In this document: positions 33,946 to 45,875 of the stretch, in pieces | Numbering within the stretch: position 1 is the stretch's first letter | Layout of the letters: every line of letters starts with the position of its first letter | NCBI GenBank assembly: GCA_020633495.1 | Contig: JACKDR010000001.1 | Span: forward strand, 438,105 to 502,104 | Source of the DNA: Kofleriaceae bacterium | Lineage (GTDB): Bacteria > Myxococcota_A > Polyangia > Haliangiales > Haliangiaceae | Reading direction: 5' to 3' | DNA length: 64,000 nucleotides | Notes under the pieces: generated by a model | Databases searched by the model: none | What the model was told of the DNA's origin: nothing | What the model saw: the letters and a program-made list of their open reading frames with translations, nothing else | Translations under genes and position numbers: made by a program

Positions 33946-35550
33946 ATGTCCGCGATGAAGTCGGGTCTCTCGTGGGTGGAGCGCCTCGGGCTGGCGATCG
34001 TCGCCGGCGCGCTCGTCGGAGTCAGCGGCTGCACCGGCGCGATCGTCGGCGGTGGCGACGACGCGATCGTCGGTGACGACGGCCCGCCGGGCGATCCGCC
34101 CGGTGATCCGCCGGGCGATCCGCCGGGCGATCCGCCGGGCGATCCGATCGACACGTCGTTCCAGATCCGCCTCGTGCCCCAGGCCGGCGTGGCCGGCGCC
34201 CAGCGGGTCAACTTCGCGCTGCCGCTGCCCGCCGGGCTGATCGCCGACGAGACGATGATCCGGATCGGCCAGGGCGGCGCCGAGCTACCGACCGCGCGCC
34301 GGGTGCTGGCGAGCTGGCCCGACGGCTCGCCGCGCAGCGTCCAGCTGCAGGTCGACGTCACGATCAGCGGCGAGACCGCGCTCGACGTCGAGGTCGGCAC
34401 CGCGACCACCGCGGCCGCGCTGACGCTGGTGCCGGTCACCGACACGCTGGTCGCCGCCGACGGCACCAGCGGGCCCCGGGTGTGGGCGCTGCTGCCGGCG
34501 GAGTGGCTGGCGCCCAGCGGCGTCGCCGGGCCGCTGGTCGCGGCGAGCGCGATCGCGGGGGGACCGCTCGACGCGTGGGGCGGCGTCTGCGACTACGGTC
34601 GCTGGGACACCGCCGCGTTCCTCGCGATCGACGGCGAGCAGGGCTCGTGGCTGTTCGACCGCGCCACCGCGATGTACCGCGGCTACGCGATCACCGGCGA
34701 CGCCGACGCGCTGGCGTCCGGGTTCCGCGAGGCCGCGATCTACCGGGCCGGGCTGACCGGCACCGGCAGCAGCACGCGCATCCCGGTGCCGAGCTCGGCG
34801 GACGACCTCAAGTACCACTACACCCAGGGCCTGGCGATCCACTACCTGCTCACCGGCGACGATCGCTTCCGCGAGGCCGCCGAGAACGTCGCGATCCGCG
34901 CCCACGATCTGTGGACCTCGCCGGGCTACGCCGGCGGCGCCGACTTCTGGACCGAGCGCCACGCCGGGTTCGGCCTCCTCGCCTACGAGTGGGCGGCGGC
35001 GGTGTCCGACGATCGCGCGGCGACGTTCGCGGGCTGGGCCGACGACGCGGTCGCCGCGTACCTCGCGATCCAGGACGTCGACCACGGCTGGGAGAACGAC
35101 GCGCGCTGCTTCGCCCACACCGCCGAGGCGCACGGCGAGGACTACGGCTACGTCGGGTGCAGCCCGTGGATGAGCGCGATCCTCGCCGACGGCCTCGACG
35201 CCTACGCGCGCCGCGTCGGCGGCGCCACCGGCGACGCCGTGCGATCCGCGCTGGCCCGGCTCGGCCGGATGATCGCGTGGCACGGCCTCGACGACGGCGG
35301 CAAGCCGTACTACTGGATGGGCGCCGGCGTCGACGCCGACGAGATCGACGACTACGACGAGCACTGGGGCGAGTCGGCCTACGTGGTCGCGATGGCCTGG
35401 CACTGGGGCGGCCGCACCGACGCGTCGCTGCGCGCCACCGCCGACGATCTGGTCGCCGGCCTGCGCACCCGCGGCGAGGCCGGCCAGCTGCGCAGCTTCA
35501 ACTGGCAGTGCCGGTCGTCGGTGATGGCGCCGTACTTCCTGCGCGAGTAG
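33946..35550 (+). CDS. hypothetical secreted lipoprotein with (PPGD)n linker
   Basis: Signal plus lipobox VGVSGC; PPGDPPGDPPGD repeat; 534 aa. Confidence 0.55.
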   Translation: MSAMKSGLSWVERLGLAIVAGALVGVSGCTGAIVGGGDDAIVGDDGPPGDPPGDPPGDPPGDPPGDPIDTSFQIRLVPQAGVAGAQRVNFALPLPAGLIADETMIRIGQGGAELPTARRVLASWPDGSPRSVQLQVDVTISGETALDVEVGTATTAAALTLVPVTDTLVAADGTSGPRVWALLPAEWLAPSGVAGPLVAASAIAGGPLDAWGGVCDYGRWDTAAFLAIDGEQGSWLFDRATAMYRGYAITGDADALASGFREAAIYRAGLTGTGSSTRIPVPSSADDLKYHYTQGLAIHYLLTGDDRFREAAENVAIRAHDLWTSPGYAGGADFWTERHAGFGLLAYEWAAAVSDDRAATFAGWADDAVAAYLAIQDVDHGWENDARCFAHTAEAHGEDYGYVGCSPWMSAILADGLDAYARRVGGATGDAVRSALARLGRMIAWHGLDDGGKPYYWMGAGVDADEIDDYDEHWGESAYVVAMAWHWGGRTDASLRATADDLVAGLRTRGEAGQLRSFNWQCRSSVMAPYFLRE

Positions 35551-35567
35551 TGCGCGCGGCGCGCCGC

Positions 35568-38500
35568 TACCCGGCCGGCCACGGCGCGTACATCGCCATC
35601 CAGCGGTCCGGGCGGCGGACGCCGGCGTCGGCCAGCGCCGCCCACGCCGGCGAGGCCTCGAGCGGCTCGCCGCGCACCGCGGCCAGGCGCAGGCGCACGG
35701 CGGCGGCGACCAGCGCGACGCCAGCGCCGGCGAGCTCGTCGGCGGCGACCGCCAGCAGGCGCGCCGCCTCGTCGGCCCGGCCCCGGCCGGCGGCGACCGC
35801 GGCGAGGCGGGCGTGCGCCGCCCCGCCGCCCACGGCGCGCCGTCGCGCAGCGCCGGCGGGCGCCGTCCTCGACCTCGGCCCAGCGCGCCGGATCGCCGGC
35901 GGCGAGCGCGGCGCGGCCGCACAGGTCGAGGTGGGTCAGCCGGGTGTGCTGGATGCGCAGCAGCAGCGAGTCGGCGATCGCCGGGGCCGCGTCGTCGAGC
36001 CGGCGCCGCGCCGCGGCGCCGTCGCCGTCGTAGAGCTCGAGCTCGACGCGGGCGAACAGCTCCATCATGTGCTGCAGGTGGAACCCGGCCTGCGACCAGC
36101 CCGCCATCGCGGCGTCGAGCCGGGCCCGGGCCTCGTAGGCGCGATCGGCGGCGAGCACGGGCAGCACGCCGTTGCCGGCGCGCACCACCGCCAGCGTGTA
36201 CTGGTCGTCGTGCCAGCGCGCGGCGCGCTCGAGCTCGATCGTGCGGCGCGCCAGGTCGTCGAGGCGCCCCAGCTGCGCCACCGCCCAGGTCGCGAACAGC
36301 TCCGCCGACGCCAGCTCCCAGATCTGCCCCGGGCACCGGGCGGCGAGCTGCGCCGCGGCGGCGTCGAGCAGGCCGACCGCGTCGGCGTAGCGGCCCTCGA
36401 GGAAGGCCGCCGCGCCGCGGACCCAGGCGACCATGCACGCCGCCAGCGGCGTGCCGGCGCGGGTCGCCGCGGCGTCGGCGTCGGCCAGCAGGCGCGTGGT
36501 GCGGGCGGCGCCGCGGGTGCCGTGGATCGCGGCGTAGCCGGCCTCGGCGGCGAACGCCCGCGCCAGGCGGTCCGGATCGCCCAGGCGCATCGCGTCGAGC
36601 GCGCCCTGGGCGTGCAGCGCGGCGCCCTGGATCGGCGCCACCGTCGACAGCGCGAGGCCGATCGACAGGCACACGTCGGCGCGCAGCTGGACCGCGGCGT
36701 CGGCCGGCGCGGCGGCGGCGCGGCCGGGCCAGGGCAGGCGCGCGGCGCGGCGGGCGCGCAGCCGGACCGCACCCGCCGCCACAACAGCGACGTCACCGCC
36801 TCGCGCGACGACTGCGGCATCGCGACGCCGACCGCGGCGAGGACGTCGCGCACCACCGCCAGGCCGTCGTCGATGCGGCCGCCGCGCAGCAGGTGCTCGG
36901 CGGCGCGGCGCCGCAGCTCGAGCGCGTCGATGCCGGCGCCGGCGCCGGCCGCCTCGAGGTACCAGCGCGCGGCCTCGGCGCCCTGGCCGGCGTTGGCCAG
37001 CGCCACCGCGTAGCCGCGGCACAGCTCGCCGCGGGCGGCGTCGCCGGCGGGCAGCAGCTCGATCGCGACGCGGCACAGCCGGGCGACCCGGCGCGCCGAC
37101 AGCTCGCGCTGGGCGCGCACCGCGGCCTCGACCGCGAACGGCGCCGCCCGCGCCGGCTCGCCGCCGGCGAGGAAGTGGTGGAAGATCAGCCACGGCGCCG
37201 CGCCGCGCTTCTCGAGCGCCTCGGCGAGGACGCGGTGGCGCCGCCGCGCCTGCTCCGGCGTGATCATCGCGCGCGCCGCCTGCCGCACCTGATCGTGGTA
37301 GGGCTCGACGACGTCGTTGCGGCGGGCGCCGGTGGTCCGGACCAGGCGGTGGCCCTCGAGCTCCTCGAGCGCCGCGCCCAGCTCCTGGCGCGGCAGATCG
37401 GCGGCGCGCGCGACGGTGCCGAGATCGAGCGGCAGGCCGCCCACGCACACCAGCTCGAGCACGCCGCGCGCCGCGTCGCCCAGGCCGCTGATCCGCTCGG
37501 CGAGCGCGTGCTCGAGGCTGTCGGGGCACGCGCCGCCGTCGGCGACCGCGGCCGCCATCTGCTCGAGGAACAGCGGGCTGCCGCCGCACGCCGCGGCGAG
37601 CTGGGCGGCGGCGCCGGCCGGCGGGTCGGCGGGCAGCAGCGAGCGCGCCAGCGCCTCGCAGGCCTCGGCGGGCAGCGGCGCGAGCTCGAGCTCGCGGACG
37701 TCGACGTCGAGCGGGCCCAGCGCGGCGCGCAGCGGGTCGACGCGATCGCGGCCGGTGCTGGGCACGACCGTGCCGATCAGCAACAGCGGCGGCGGCCGCA
37801 TCGCGAAGACGCCCTCGAGCAGCTGGACGCTGTCGTCGTCGATCCACTGCAGGTCGTCGATCACCAGCGCGGTGCGGCGGCCACGCGCGGCGTTGCCGAG
37901 CAGCTCGCGCAGCACCGCGTAGGCGCGGCGCCGCCGGGCCCGGACGTCGAGGCCGCCGCCGTCGCCGTCGTCGGCGGCCGGCGCCAGCCGCTCGAAGACC
38001 TTGAACAGCCGGCTCAACGCCGGCACGTCGGCGGGCAGGATCGCGGCGCGCTCGTCGGCGGGCAGCGACACCAGCCAGCGGGTCAAGGCGTCGGCGATGC
38101 CGTCGAAGGCGCGGAACGGCACCGACTCCTGGCCGTCGCAGTGGCCGGCGAAGATGCGGACGTCCTGGCCGCGGACGTCGGCGGCGAAGCGGCGGATCAG
38201 CGCGCTCTTGCCGACCCCGGCGGCGCCGCTGATCAGCAGCACGACCGGCCCGGCGGCGCTGTCGGCGAGCGCGCGGTGCAGCGTCGCCAGCTCGGCGGCG
38301 CGCCCGACGAACGGCGGCGCGGCGCGCGCGACCTGGCCGCCGCCGCGGCGCCAGTCGGCGCGCCGGCGATCGGCGAGGCCGTCGGCGACCGCGCGGGCGC
38401 TCGGCCGCGCCGCCGGATCGCGCCGCAGCAGCGCCAGGCACAGCTCCTCGAGATCGTGGGGCACGCCGACGAACATCGCGCCCGGCGCGATGACGTCGAG

Positions 38501-39268
38501 GCGCTGCTTGTCGCGCAGGATCTGCAGCGGCTCGCCGACGTACGGCGGCCGCCCGGTCAGCGCCTCGTAGAGCACCGCGCCGAGCGCGTACATGTCGGCC
38601 GCCGGATCGGCGGCGGCGCCGGCGGCCTGCTCGGGCGCCATGTACTCGACGGTGCCCTCGATCGTGCCGACGTGGGCGGCCTCGGCGACGTCGACGGTGA
38701 GGCCGAGATCGAGGACGACGGCGCGGCCGTCGGCGGTGATCAGCACGTTGCCCGGCTTGAGGTCGCGGTGGACCTTGCCGGCGCGGTGCAGGGCGTCGAG
38801 GCCCTCGGCGACCTGCCGGATCGCCGCGCGCAGGCGCGCCTCGTCGTAGAGGACCTCGAGCCGCATCGTGTCGGCGTCCCAGACGTCGTCCTCGAGCGGC
38901 GGCACCACCGGCCGGCTGCCCGACACCGTCGTGCCGCCGCGCCGCCGCCGCGGGCTGGCCCGCACGAAGACGTGGTCGAGGAAGTCGACGCCGTCGACCA
39001 GCTCCATCGAGAAGAAGCTGTGCTCGCGATCGAGGAACAGCTCGCCGAGCTTGACCAGGTTGGGGTGGCTGAGGTCCTTGAGCGCCCGGAACTCGGTCTT
39101 GAGGCGCAGCAGCCCCTCGGGCGTCGGGTTGCGCATCATCTTGATCGCGACCGGCAGCCGGAGGTCGCGATCGAAGGCCTCGTAGACCCGTCCCATCCCG
39201 CCCTCTCCGAGCAGCCGCACGACCCGGAGGCGCCCCCCGGCCAGCCCCGTCGCGACGATCGCGTCCAC
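35568..39268 (-). pseudogene. Ser/Thr kinase - AAA/STAND ATPase - TPR protein with two apparent frame switches
   Basis: Frame A (39268 to ~36760) has kinase motifs and a P-loop (ISGAAGVGKS); protein-like sequence continues in frame B (~36760 to ~35845), then frame C (to stop at 35568). Confidence 0.6.
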
Positions 39269-39379
39269 GAGCCTGAATTAGAGCGCAGCTCCCGGGCCGG
39301 GTCACCCCGAAAAGGTGAGCCCGTGGCCCGGTCGCCGGCCGCGCGACCCGGGTTGCGCGTCCGCCCGGCCGGGGCCCGC

Positions 39380-39628
39380 TCAGGCGCGGTAGGCGCGGAG
39401 CAGGTCGGTGACCAGGACGCCGTCGATCGTCATGCCGTCGAGGTTCGCGCCGGTGATCGCGACGCCGCTGAGGTTCACGTCGTCGAGACGCGCGCCGGTC
39501 AGCGACACGTTGGCGAACGACGCGTCGGCGAGGTCGACGTCGGCGAACCGCGCCGCGCGCAGGTCGACGTCGGTGAACTGCGCGTCGCGCAGGGAGGTGT
39601 TGGCGAAGGTCGGCGGGGCCGGGGGCAT
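39380..39628 (-). CDS. pentapeptide-repeat protein
   Basis: A(D/N)(L/F)xx quintets throughout the 82-aa product. Confidence 0.6.
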   Translation of the reverse strand: MPPAPPTFANTSLRDAQFTDVDLRAARFADVDLADASFANVSLTGARLDDVNLSGVAITGANLDGMTIDGVLVTDLLRAYRA

Positions 39629-39676
39629 GGCGTCTTCCTCGGGGTGAGGGGTGGGGGCGGCCGGGGACCGATCGGG

Positions 39677-40699
<1,023 letters not shown>

Positions 40700-40769
40700 G
40701 GGGCCTCCTTGGGTGCGCGCAGCCTAGCAGGTTCTCGCCGCCGGGCTCGCGTCGGCGACGGCGACGGGT

Positions 40770-41441
40770 ATGCTGCGGCGCCTCATGGACGGACGCGCGG
40801 TCATCTTCGATCTCGACGGCACCCTGGTCGACAGCCTCGACGACATCGCCGGCGCGCTGGGCGCCGCGTTCGTCGAGCTCGGCCTGGCGGCGCCGGGCCG
40901 CGACGCGGTCCGCGCCTGGGTCGGCGACGGCGCGCGCGCCCTGGTCGCCCGCGCGGTCCACGCCGCCGGCCGCGACGACCTCGACGTCGACGAGGTCCAC
41001 GCCGTGTTCCGCGGCCACTACCGCGCCGCGCCGGTGGTCCACAGCCACCTCTACGACGGCGTCGCCGCCGCGCTCGACGCGATCGCCGCCGCCGGCGTGC
41101 CGATGGCGGTGCTCAGCAACAAGCCGCACGACCTCACCACCGTGGTCGCCGCCGCGCTGCTGTCGCGCTGGCGGTTCCGCGCGATCGAGGGCCACCGGCC
41201 CGGCGGCCCGCTCAAGCCCGACGCCGGCGCCGCCGCGGCGCTGCTGGCCGCGCTCGGCGTGCCGGCCGCCGCGTGCACGATGATCGGCGACTCGGTGGTC
41301 GACGTCGCGTTCGCGCGCGCCGCCGGCCTGCGCGCGATCGCGGTGACCTGGGGCCTGCAGCCGCGCGCCGCGCTGGTCGCCGCGGCGCCCGACCGGCTGC
41401 TCGAGCGCACCGCCGAGCTGGCCGACGCGGTCCTGGCGTGA
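40770..41441 (+). CDS. HAD-family hydrolase (phosphoglycolate phosphatase-like)
   Basis: FDLDGTLVDS motif I; SNK motif III. Confidence 0.8.
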   Translation: MLRRLMDGRAVIFDLDGTLVDSLDDIAGALGAAFVELGLAAPGRDAVRAWVGDGARALVARAVHAAGRDDLDVDEVHAVFRGHYRAAPVVHSHLYDGVAAALDAIAAAGVPMAVLSNKPHDLTTVVAAALLSRWRFRAIEGHRPGGPLKPDAGAAAALLAALGVPAAACTMIGDSVVDVAFARAAGLRAIAVTWGLQPRAALVAAAPDRLLERTAELADAVLA

Positions 41442-41518
41442 GCGGCGCCGCGGCCTCCTGACCGAATCGTGACAGAGACCTCGCCGGCGCCCCGCGGGGC
41501 GGCGGCTAGAAACCCAGG

Positions 41519-42409
41519 ATGGAGTCGGTCGCGACCTCTCGACGCTCGGGATGGCGACGCACGTACTTCAACGTGCTGGCCATCCCGTACTGGGGGATCC
41601 ACGTCGCCGCGGTGGCGGGCGTGGCGTGGCTGGGCTGGTCGTGGACCGGCCTGCTGCTGGCGCTGGCGCTGTACGTGCCGCGCATGTTCTTCGTCACCGG
41701 CGGCTACCACCGCTACTTCTCGCACCGCGCCTACAAGACGTCGCGCTGGTTCCAGCTCGTGCTCGCGCTCGGCGCCGCCGGCACCTTCCAGAAGGGCATC
41801 CTGTGGTGGGCGTCGCACCACCGCAACCACCACAAGTTCTCGGACCAGCCCGAGGACGTCCACTCGCCGCGCTACGGCTTCTGGTGGTCGCACCACGGCT
41901 GGATCCTCACCCGCGACTTCGAGGGCACCGACCTGTCCCGGGTCAAGGACCTGGCCCGCTACCCCGAGCTGCGCTGGCTCGATCGGTGGTGGTTCGTGCC
42001 GCCGCTGGCGATCGCCGCCGCGACCTACGCGATCGGCGGCGCCTGGGCCCTGGTCTGGGGCTTCTTCGTGTGCCAGGTCCTGACCTGGCACGGCACGTTC
42101 ACGATCAACTCGCTGTCGCACGTCTTCGGCAGCCGCCGCTACGCCACCACCGACACCTCCCGCAACAACTTCCTGCTGGCGCTGATCACCCTCGGCGAGG
42201 GCTGGCACAACAACCACCACCACTACCAGGTCGCCGCCCGCCAGGGCTTCCGGTGGTGGGAGATCGACGTCACCTACTACGTCCTGCGCGGCCTGGCCGC
42301 GATCGGCGTGGTCTGGGACCTCCACGGCGTCCCCGACCACATCCGCGACGCCGCGCCCGCGGCGCCCGACCTGGCGGCGCCGCCGCCCGCGCTGGCCAGC
42401 CCCGAGTAG
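41519..42409 (+). CDS. acyl-CoA (stearoyl-CoA-type) fatty-acid desaturase
   Basis: Histidine boxes HRYFSH, HHRNHH, HNNHHH. Confidence 0.9.
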   Translation: MESVATSRRSGWRRTYFNVLAIPYWGIHVAAVAGVAWLGWSWTGLLLALALYVPRMFFVTGGYHRYFSHRAYKTSRWFQLVLALGAAGTFQKGILWWASHHRNHHKFSDQPEDVHSPRYGFWWSHHGWILTRDFEGTDLSRVKDLARYPELRWLDRWWFVPPLAIAAATYAIGGAWALVWGFFVCQVLTWHGTFTINSLSHVFGSRRYATTDTSRNNFLLALITLGEGWHNNHHHYQVAARQGFRWWEIDVTYYVLRGLAAIGVVWDLHGVPDHIRDAAPAAPDLAAPPPALASPE

Positions 42410-42457
42410 CGCACCGGCGCGCTTCGACCCGCGCCTGGGGCGCGGTAGATTGCCCTC

Positions 42458-43459
42458 GTGCGGTTTCCGCCCGCCAGCATCCAGCTCCGACGCGCCCAGC
42501 TGATCTTCATGCTGGTCGTGCTGGTGCCGACCGTGCTGATGATCCTCGGCGGCATCGTCTTCCTGGCGATCGGCGCGTCGTCGGCGCTCAACGTCGCGAT
42601 CGGGGTGCTGGTCCTGACCCTGTGCACGACCGCGGTCACCGGCTACATCCTGGGCACGATCTTCGTCGGCAAGGGCGCGTCGCTGGCCCGGCTGCAGAAC
42701 GACTTCCTGTCGTCGGTGGGCCACGAGCTGCGCACGCCGCTGACCTCGCTGCGGCTGCTGCTCGAGTCGCTCAAGGACGGTCGGCTGTCGGCCGAGGAGC
42801 AGGCCCACGTGCTGCGCCTGCTCACCGGCGAGACCGACCGGCTCGACAAGCTGGTCGGCCGGCTGCTCGAGCTGTCGCGGCTGGAGAGCGGCCGCCACGC
42901 CTTCGAGCGGGCCCGGGTCGACGTCGACGACCTGGTCACCGACGCCCTGGGCGCGTTCGACGCCCTGACCCTGACCCGGCCGACCCGGATCGAGGTCACG
43001 CTCGAGCCCGACCTGGCGCTGATGGGCGATCGCGCGACGCTGGTGCGCGCGCTGGTCAACCTGATGGTCAACGCCTGGAAGTACACCGGCGACGACAAGC
43101 AGATCCGCGTCGACGCGCGCAGCGCCGGGCGCTGGATCGAGATCGCGGTGATCGACAACGGCATCGGCGTCGATCGCGGCGAGCAGCGCGACATCTTCGA
43201 GGAGTTCACCCGCGGCAAGCGCGCGATCGACCGCGGCACCGAGGGCGTCGGCCTGGGCCTGGCGTTCGTGCGCGCGGTGGTCCGCCACCACCGCGGCAAG
43301 GTCCAGGTCGAGGCCAACCCCGACGGCGGCTCGACGTTCCTCTTGCGCCTGCGCCGGGCCCGGCTGCCCGCGATCGGCGCCGCCGCCGGCGGCGGCGCCA
43401 CCACCCCGACCGACGCCCGCCCCGCGCTCCCGGAGTCTCACCGTGACCAGCCCGCGTGA
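42458..43459 (+). CDS. sensor histidine kinase
   Basis: H-box SVGHELRTPL; N, G1 and G2 boxes (GVGLGLAFV). Confidence 0.85.
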   Translation: MRFPPASIQLRRAQLIFMLVVLVPTVLMILGGIVFLAIGASSALNVAIGVLVLTLCTTAVTGYILGTIFVGKGASLARLQNDFLSSVGHELRTPLTSLRLLLESLKDGRLSAEEQAHVLRLLTGETDRLDKLVGRLLELSRLESGRHAFERARVDVDDLVTDALGAFDALTLTRPTRIEVTLEPDLALMGDRATLVRALVNLMVNAWKYTGDDKQIRVDARSAGRWIEIAVIDNGIGVDRGEQRDIFEEFTRGKRAIDRGTEGVGLGLAFVRAVVRHHRGKVQVEANPDGGSTFLLRLRRARLPAIGAAAGGGATTPTDARPALPESHRDQPA

Positions 43460-44171
43460 CATCCTGATCGTCGAGGACGACGAGGCCATCGCGACCGGCC
43501 TGTCGCTGAACCTGCGGCTCGCCGGCCACCGCCCGACGGTCGCCCGCGACGGCGACGAGGCCCTGGCCCAGGTCGCCGCCCGCGACTTCGACATGGTCCT
43601 GCTCGACATCAACCTGCCGCGCAAGAACGGCCTCGAGGTCCTGCAGTCGGTCCGGGACTCGGACAACCTGGTCCCGGTGATCGTCGTCTCGGCGCGCGAC
43701 AGCGAGACCGACAAGGTCGCGGCGCTGCGCCTGGGCGCCGACGACTACGTCACCAAGCCGTTCGCGCTGGCCGAGCTGCTGGCCCGGATCGACGCGGTCC
43801 TGCGCCGCACCCAGCCGGTCACCGCCGACGCCGGCCCCGACGGCGCCGGCGACCTGGTCGCGACGCCCGCCGGCGACGCGCTGCGGTTCGGCGACGTCGT
43901 GATCGACCTCGCGCAGCGCACGGTCACCCGCGGCGACGAGCCGGTGAAGCTGACCCACCTCGAGTTCGAGCTGCTGGTCTACTTCGTGCGGCACCCGTCG
44001 CACGTGTTCGCGCGCGGCCGGCTGCTCGCGCAGGTGTGGGGCCAGAGCGCGGGCTCGCCGCGCACCGTCGACAACTTCGTCGGCCAGCTGCGCAAGCGGT
44101 TCGAGCAGGACCCGGAGAACCCGCGCCACTTCGTGACGGTCCGGGGCTCCGGCTACCGCTTCGATCCGTGA
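43443..44171 (+). CDS. OmpR-family response regulator
   Basis: REC domain (DDE...D...K) plus winged-helix trans_reg_C; overlaps the HK stop by 17 nt. Confidence 0.9.
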   Translation: MTSPRDILIVEDDEAIATGLSLNLRLAGHRPTVARDGDEALAQVAARDFDMVLLDINLPRKNGLEVLQSVRDSDNLVPVIVVSARDSETDKVAALRLGADDYVTKPFALAELLARIDAVLRRTQPVTADAGPDGAGDLVATPAGDALRFGDVVIDLAQRTVTRGDEPVKLTHLEFELLVYFVRHPSHVFARGRLLAQVWGQSAGSPRTVDNFVGQLRKRFEQDPENPRHFVTVRGSGYRFDP

Positions 44172-44183
44172 GCGGGGGCCCGC

Positions 44184-44300
44184 GATCCCCGTGCCCGTGC
44201 CCGTGCCCGTGCCCGCGCCCGTGCCCGTGCCCGTGCCCGATCTGATCCCGTGCCCGTGCCCGCGCCCGTGCCCGATCGGCCCCACCCCACCCCACCCCGC
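44184..44300. repeat. intergenic (CCCGTG)n minisatellite, second copy, followed by a (CCCCA)n tract
   Basis: cccgtgcccgtgcccgtgcccgcgcccgtg...cccgatctg, related to 19632-19800. Confidence 0.8.
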
Positions 44301-44333
44301 CCCGCCTCCGATCCTCGGTGGTACGTTCCGGCC

Positions 44334-44744
44334 ATGGCCGAGACCGTGTTCAGCAAGATCCTGCGCGGCGAGCTGCCGTGCCACAAGGTCTACGAGGACG
44401 ACCACGTCCTGGCGTTCCTCGACATCTTCCCGCTCGCCGAGGGCCACACCCTGGTCATCCCCAAGGAGCCGGCCCCGACCCTCGACCAGCTCTCCGACGA
44501 CGCCGCCGCCGCGATCGGGCGGGTCCTGCCCCGCCTGTGCCGCGCGGTCATGGCCGCCTCGGGCGCCGCGGCCTACAACGTCCTGCAGAACAACGGCGCC
44601 GACGCCCACCAGGCCGTCTTCCACGTCCACTTCCACATCATCCCCCGGCTCGGCGATCGCGGCCTCGGCATCGGCTGGAAGCCGGGCCGCCTCGACGACG
44701 CCCGCGCCCACGAGCTGATCCGCGCGATCAGCGGCGCGCTGTGA
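44334..44744 (+). CDS. HIT-family nucleotide hydrolase
   Basis: Histidine triad HVHFHIIPR. Confidence 0.85.
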   Translation: MAETVFSKILRGELPCHKVYEDDHVLAFLDIFPLAEGHTLVIPKEPAPTLDQLSDDAAAAIGRVLPRLCRAVMAASGAAAYNVLQNNGADAHQAVFHVHFHIIPRLGDRGLGIGWKPGRLDDARAHELIRAISGAL

Positions 44745-45817
44745 GCGGCCTGCGCCGGCTCGCCGTCGCGACCGTCGTCGCGGTCGCCGTCGCCGCGACC
44801 GTCGGCGGCTGCCTGATGCCGCGGTACCTGGCCCAGGCCGCCTACGGCCAGCTCGACCTGCTGCGCAAGGCCCGCCCGATCGACGACGCCATCCGCGATC
44901 CCGACGTGCCGCTGGCCATCCGCGAGCTGCTCGCCGAGGTCCCGGCGATCAAGGCGTGGGCGCGCCAGGCCGGGCTGTCGGCGACGCGCAACTACAACAC
45001 CTACGTCCAGCTCGACCACGACTACGCGGTCTACTTCGTCGGCGTCGCGCCGCGGCTGTCGCTGACGCCGCTGCGCTGGTGCTTCCCGATCGCCGGCTGC
45101 TTCACCGGCCTGGGCTGGTTCGACGAGGACGACGCGATCGCCCAGCGCGACGAGATGGAGGCCCGCGGCTTCGACGCCATGGCCCGGCCGGCGTCGGCGT
45201 ACTCGACCGGGGGCTGGTTCCCCGATCCGCTGCTGTCGACGATGCTGCCCGACGGCGACCCCCGCACCGGCGACGAGCAGACCGGCTACGCCGACCTCGC
45301 CAACGTCGTCATCCACGAGTCGGTCCACGCCACCGTGCTGGTCCCCGACCAGCCGTTCTTCAACGAGGGCATCGCCGAGTACATCGGCGACGCCCTCGCC
45401 GACGAGCTGCTGGTCGAGAAGTTCGGCGAGGACAGCGCCGAGGTCGCCGCGTACCGGGCCGACCAGGCCTGGCGGCGGACCCGCACCGAGCGGATGCTGA
45501 AGGCCTACAAGGACCTCGAGGCCCTGTACGCCAGCGCCACTCCGGATGCCGAGAAGCTGAAGGCCAAGGCCGCGATCATCGACGGCCTGGTCGCCGATCT
45601 CGGCCTCTGGCACCGGCCCAACAACGCCAACCTGGTGGAAGTCCGGGTCTACACCGCCAGCTACGACGGCTTCGCCGCGGTCCACCAGGCCTGCGGCTCG
45701 CTGCGGGCGATGATCTCGGCGGGCAAGCGGCTGGGCCGCGGCGACTTCGAGAAGCGGCTCCAGGAGGACCTGGGACCGGTCCTGGACCGGATGAAGGCCT
45801 TGTGTCGCAAGCCATGA
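44741..45817 (+). CDS. predicted lipoprotein aminopeptidase (DUF2265-like)
   Basis: GTG start overlaps the HIT stop (GTGA); lipobox VGGC; HESVH zinc motif. Confidence 0.65.
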   Translation: MSGLRRLAVATVVAVAVAATVGGCLMPRYLAQAAYGQLDLLRKARPIDDAIRDPDVPLAIRELLAEVPAIKAWARQAGLSATRNYNTYVQLDHDYAVYFVGVAPRLSLTPLRWCFPIAGCFTGLGWFDEDDAIAQRDEMEARGFDAMARPASAYSTGGWFPDPLLSTMLPDGDPRTGDEQTGYADLANVVIHESVHATVLVPDQPFFNEGIAEYIGDALADELLVEKFGEDSAEVAAYRADQAWRRTRTERMLKAYKDLEALYASATPDAEKLKAKAAIIDGLVADLGLWHRPNNANLVEVRVYTASYDGFAAVHQACGSLRAMISAGKRLGRGDFEKRLQEDLGPVLDRMKALCRKP

Positions 45818-45875
45818 TTTGTGCCGAAAAAAGTGGCGCGGGCCCGGCCCGCGCTTGCATTCTCGGGCGGGACCC

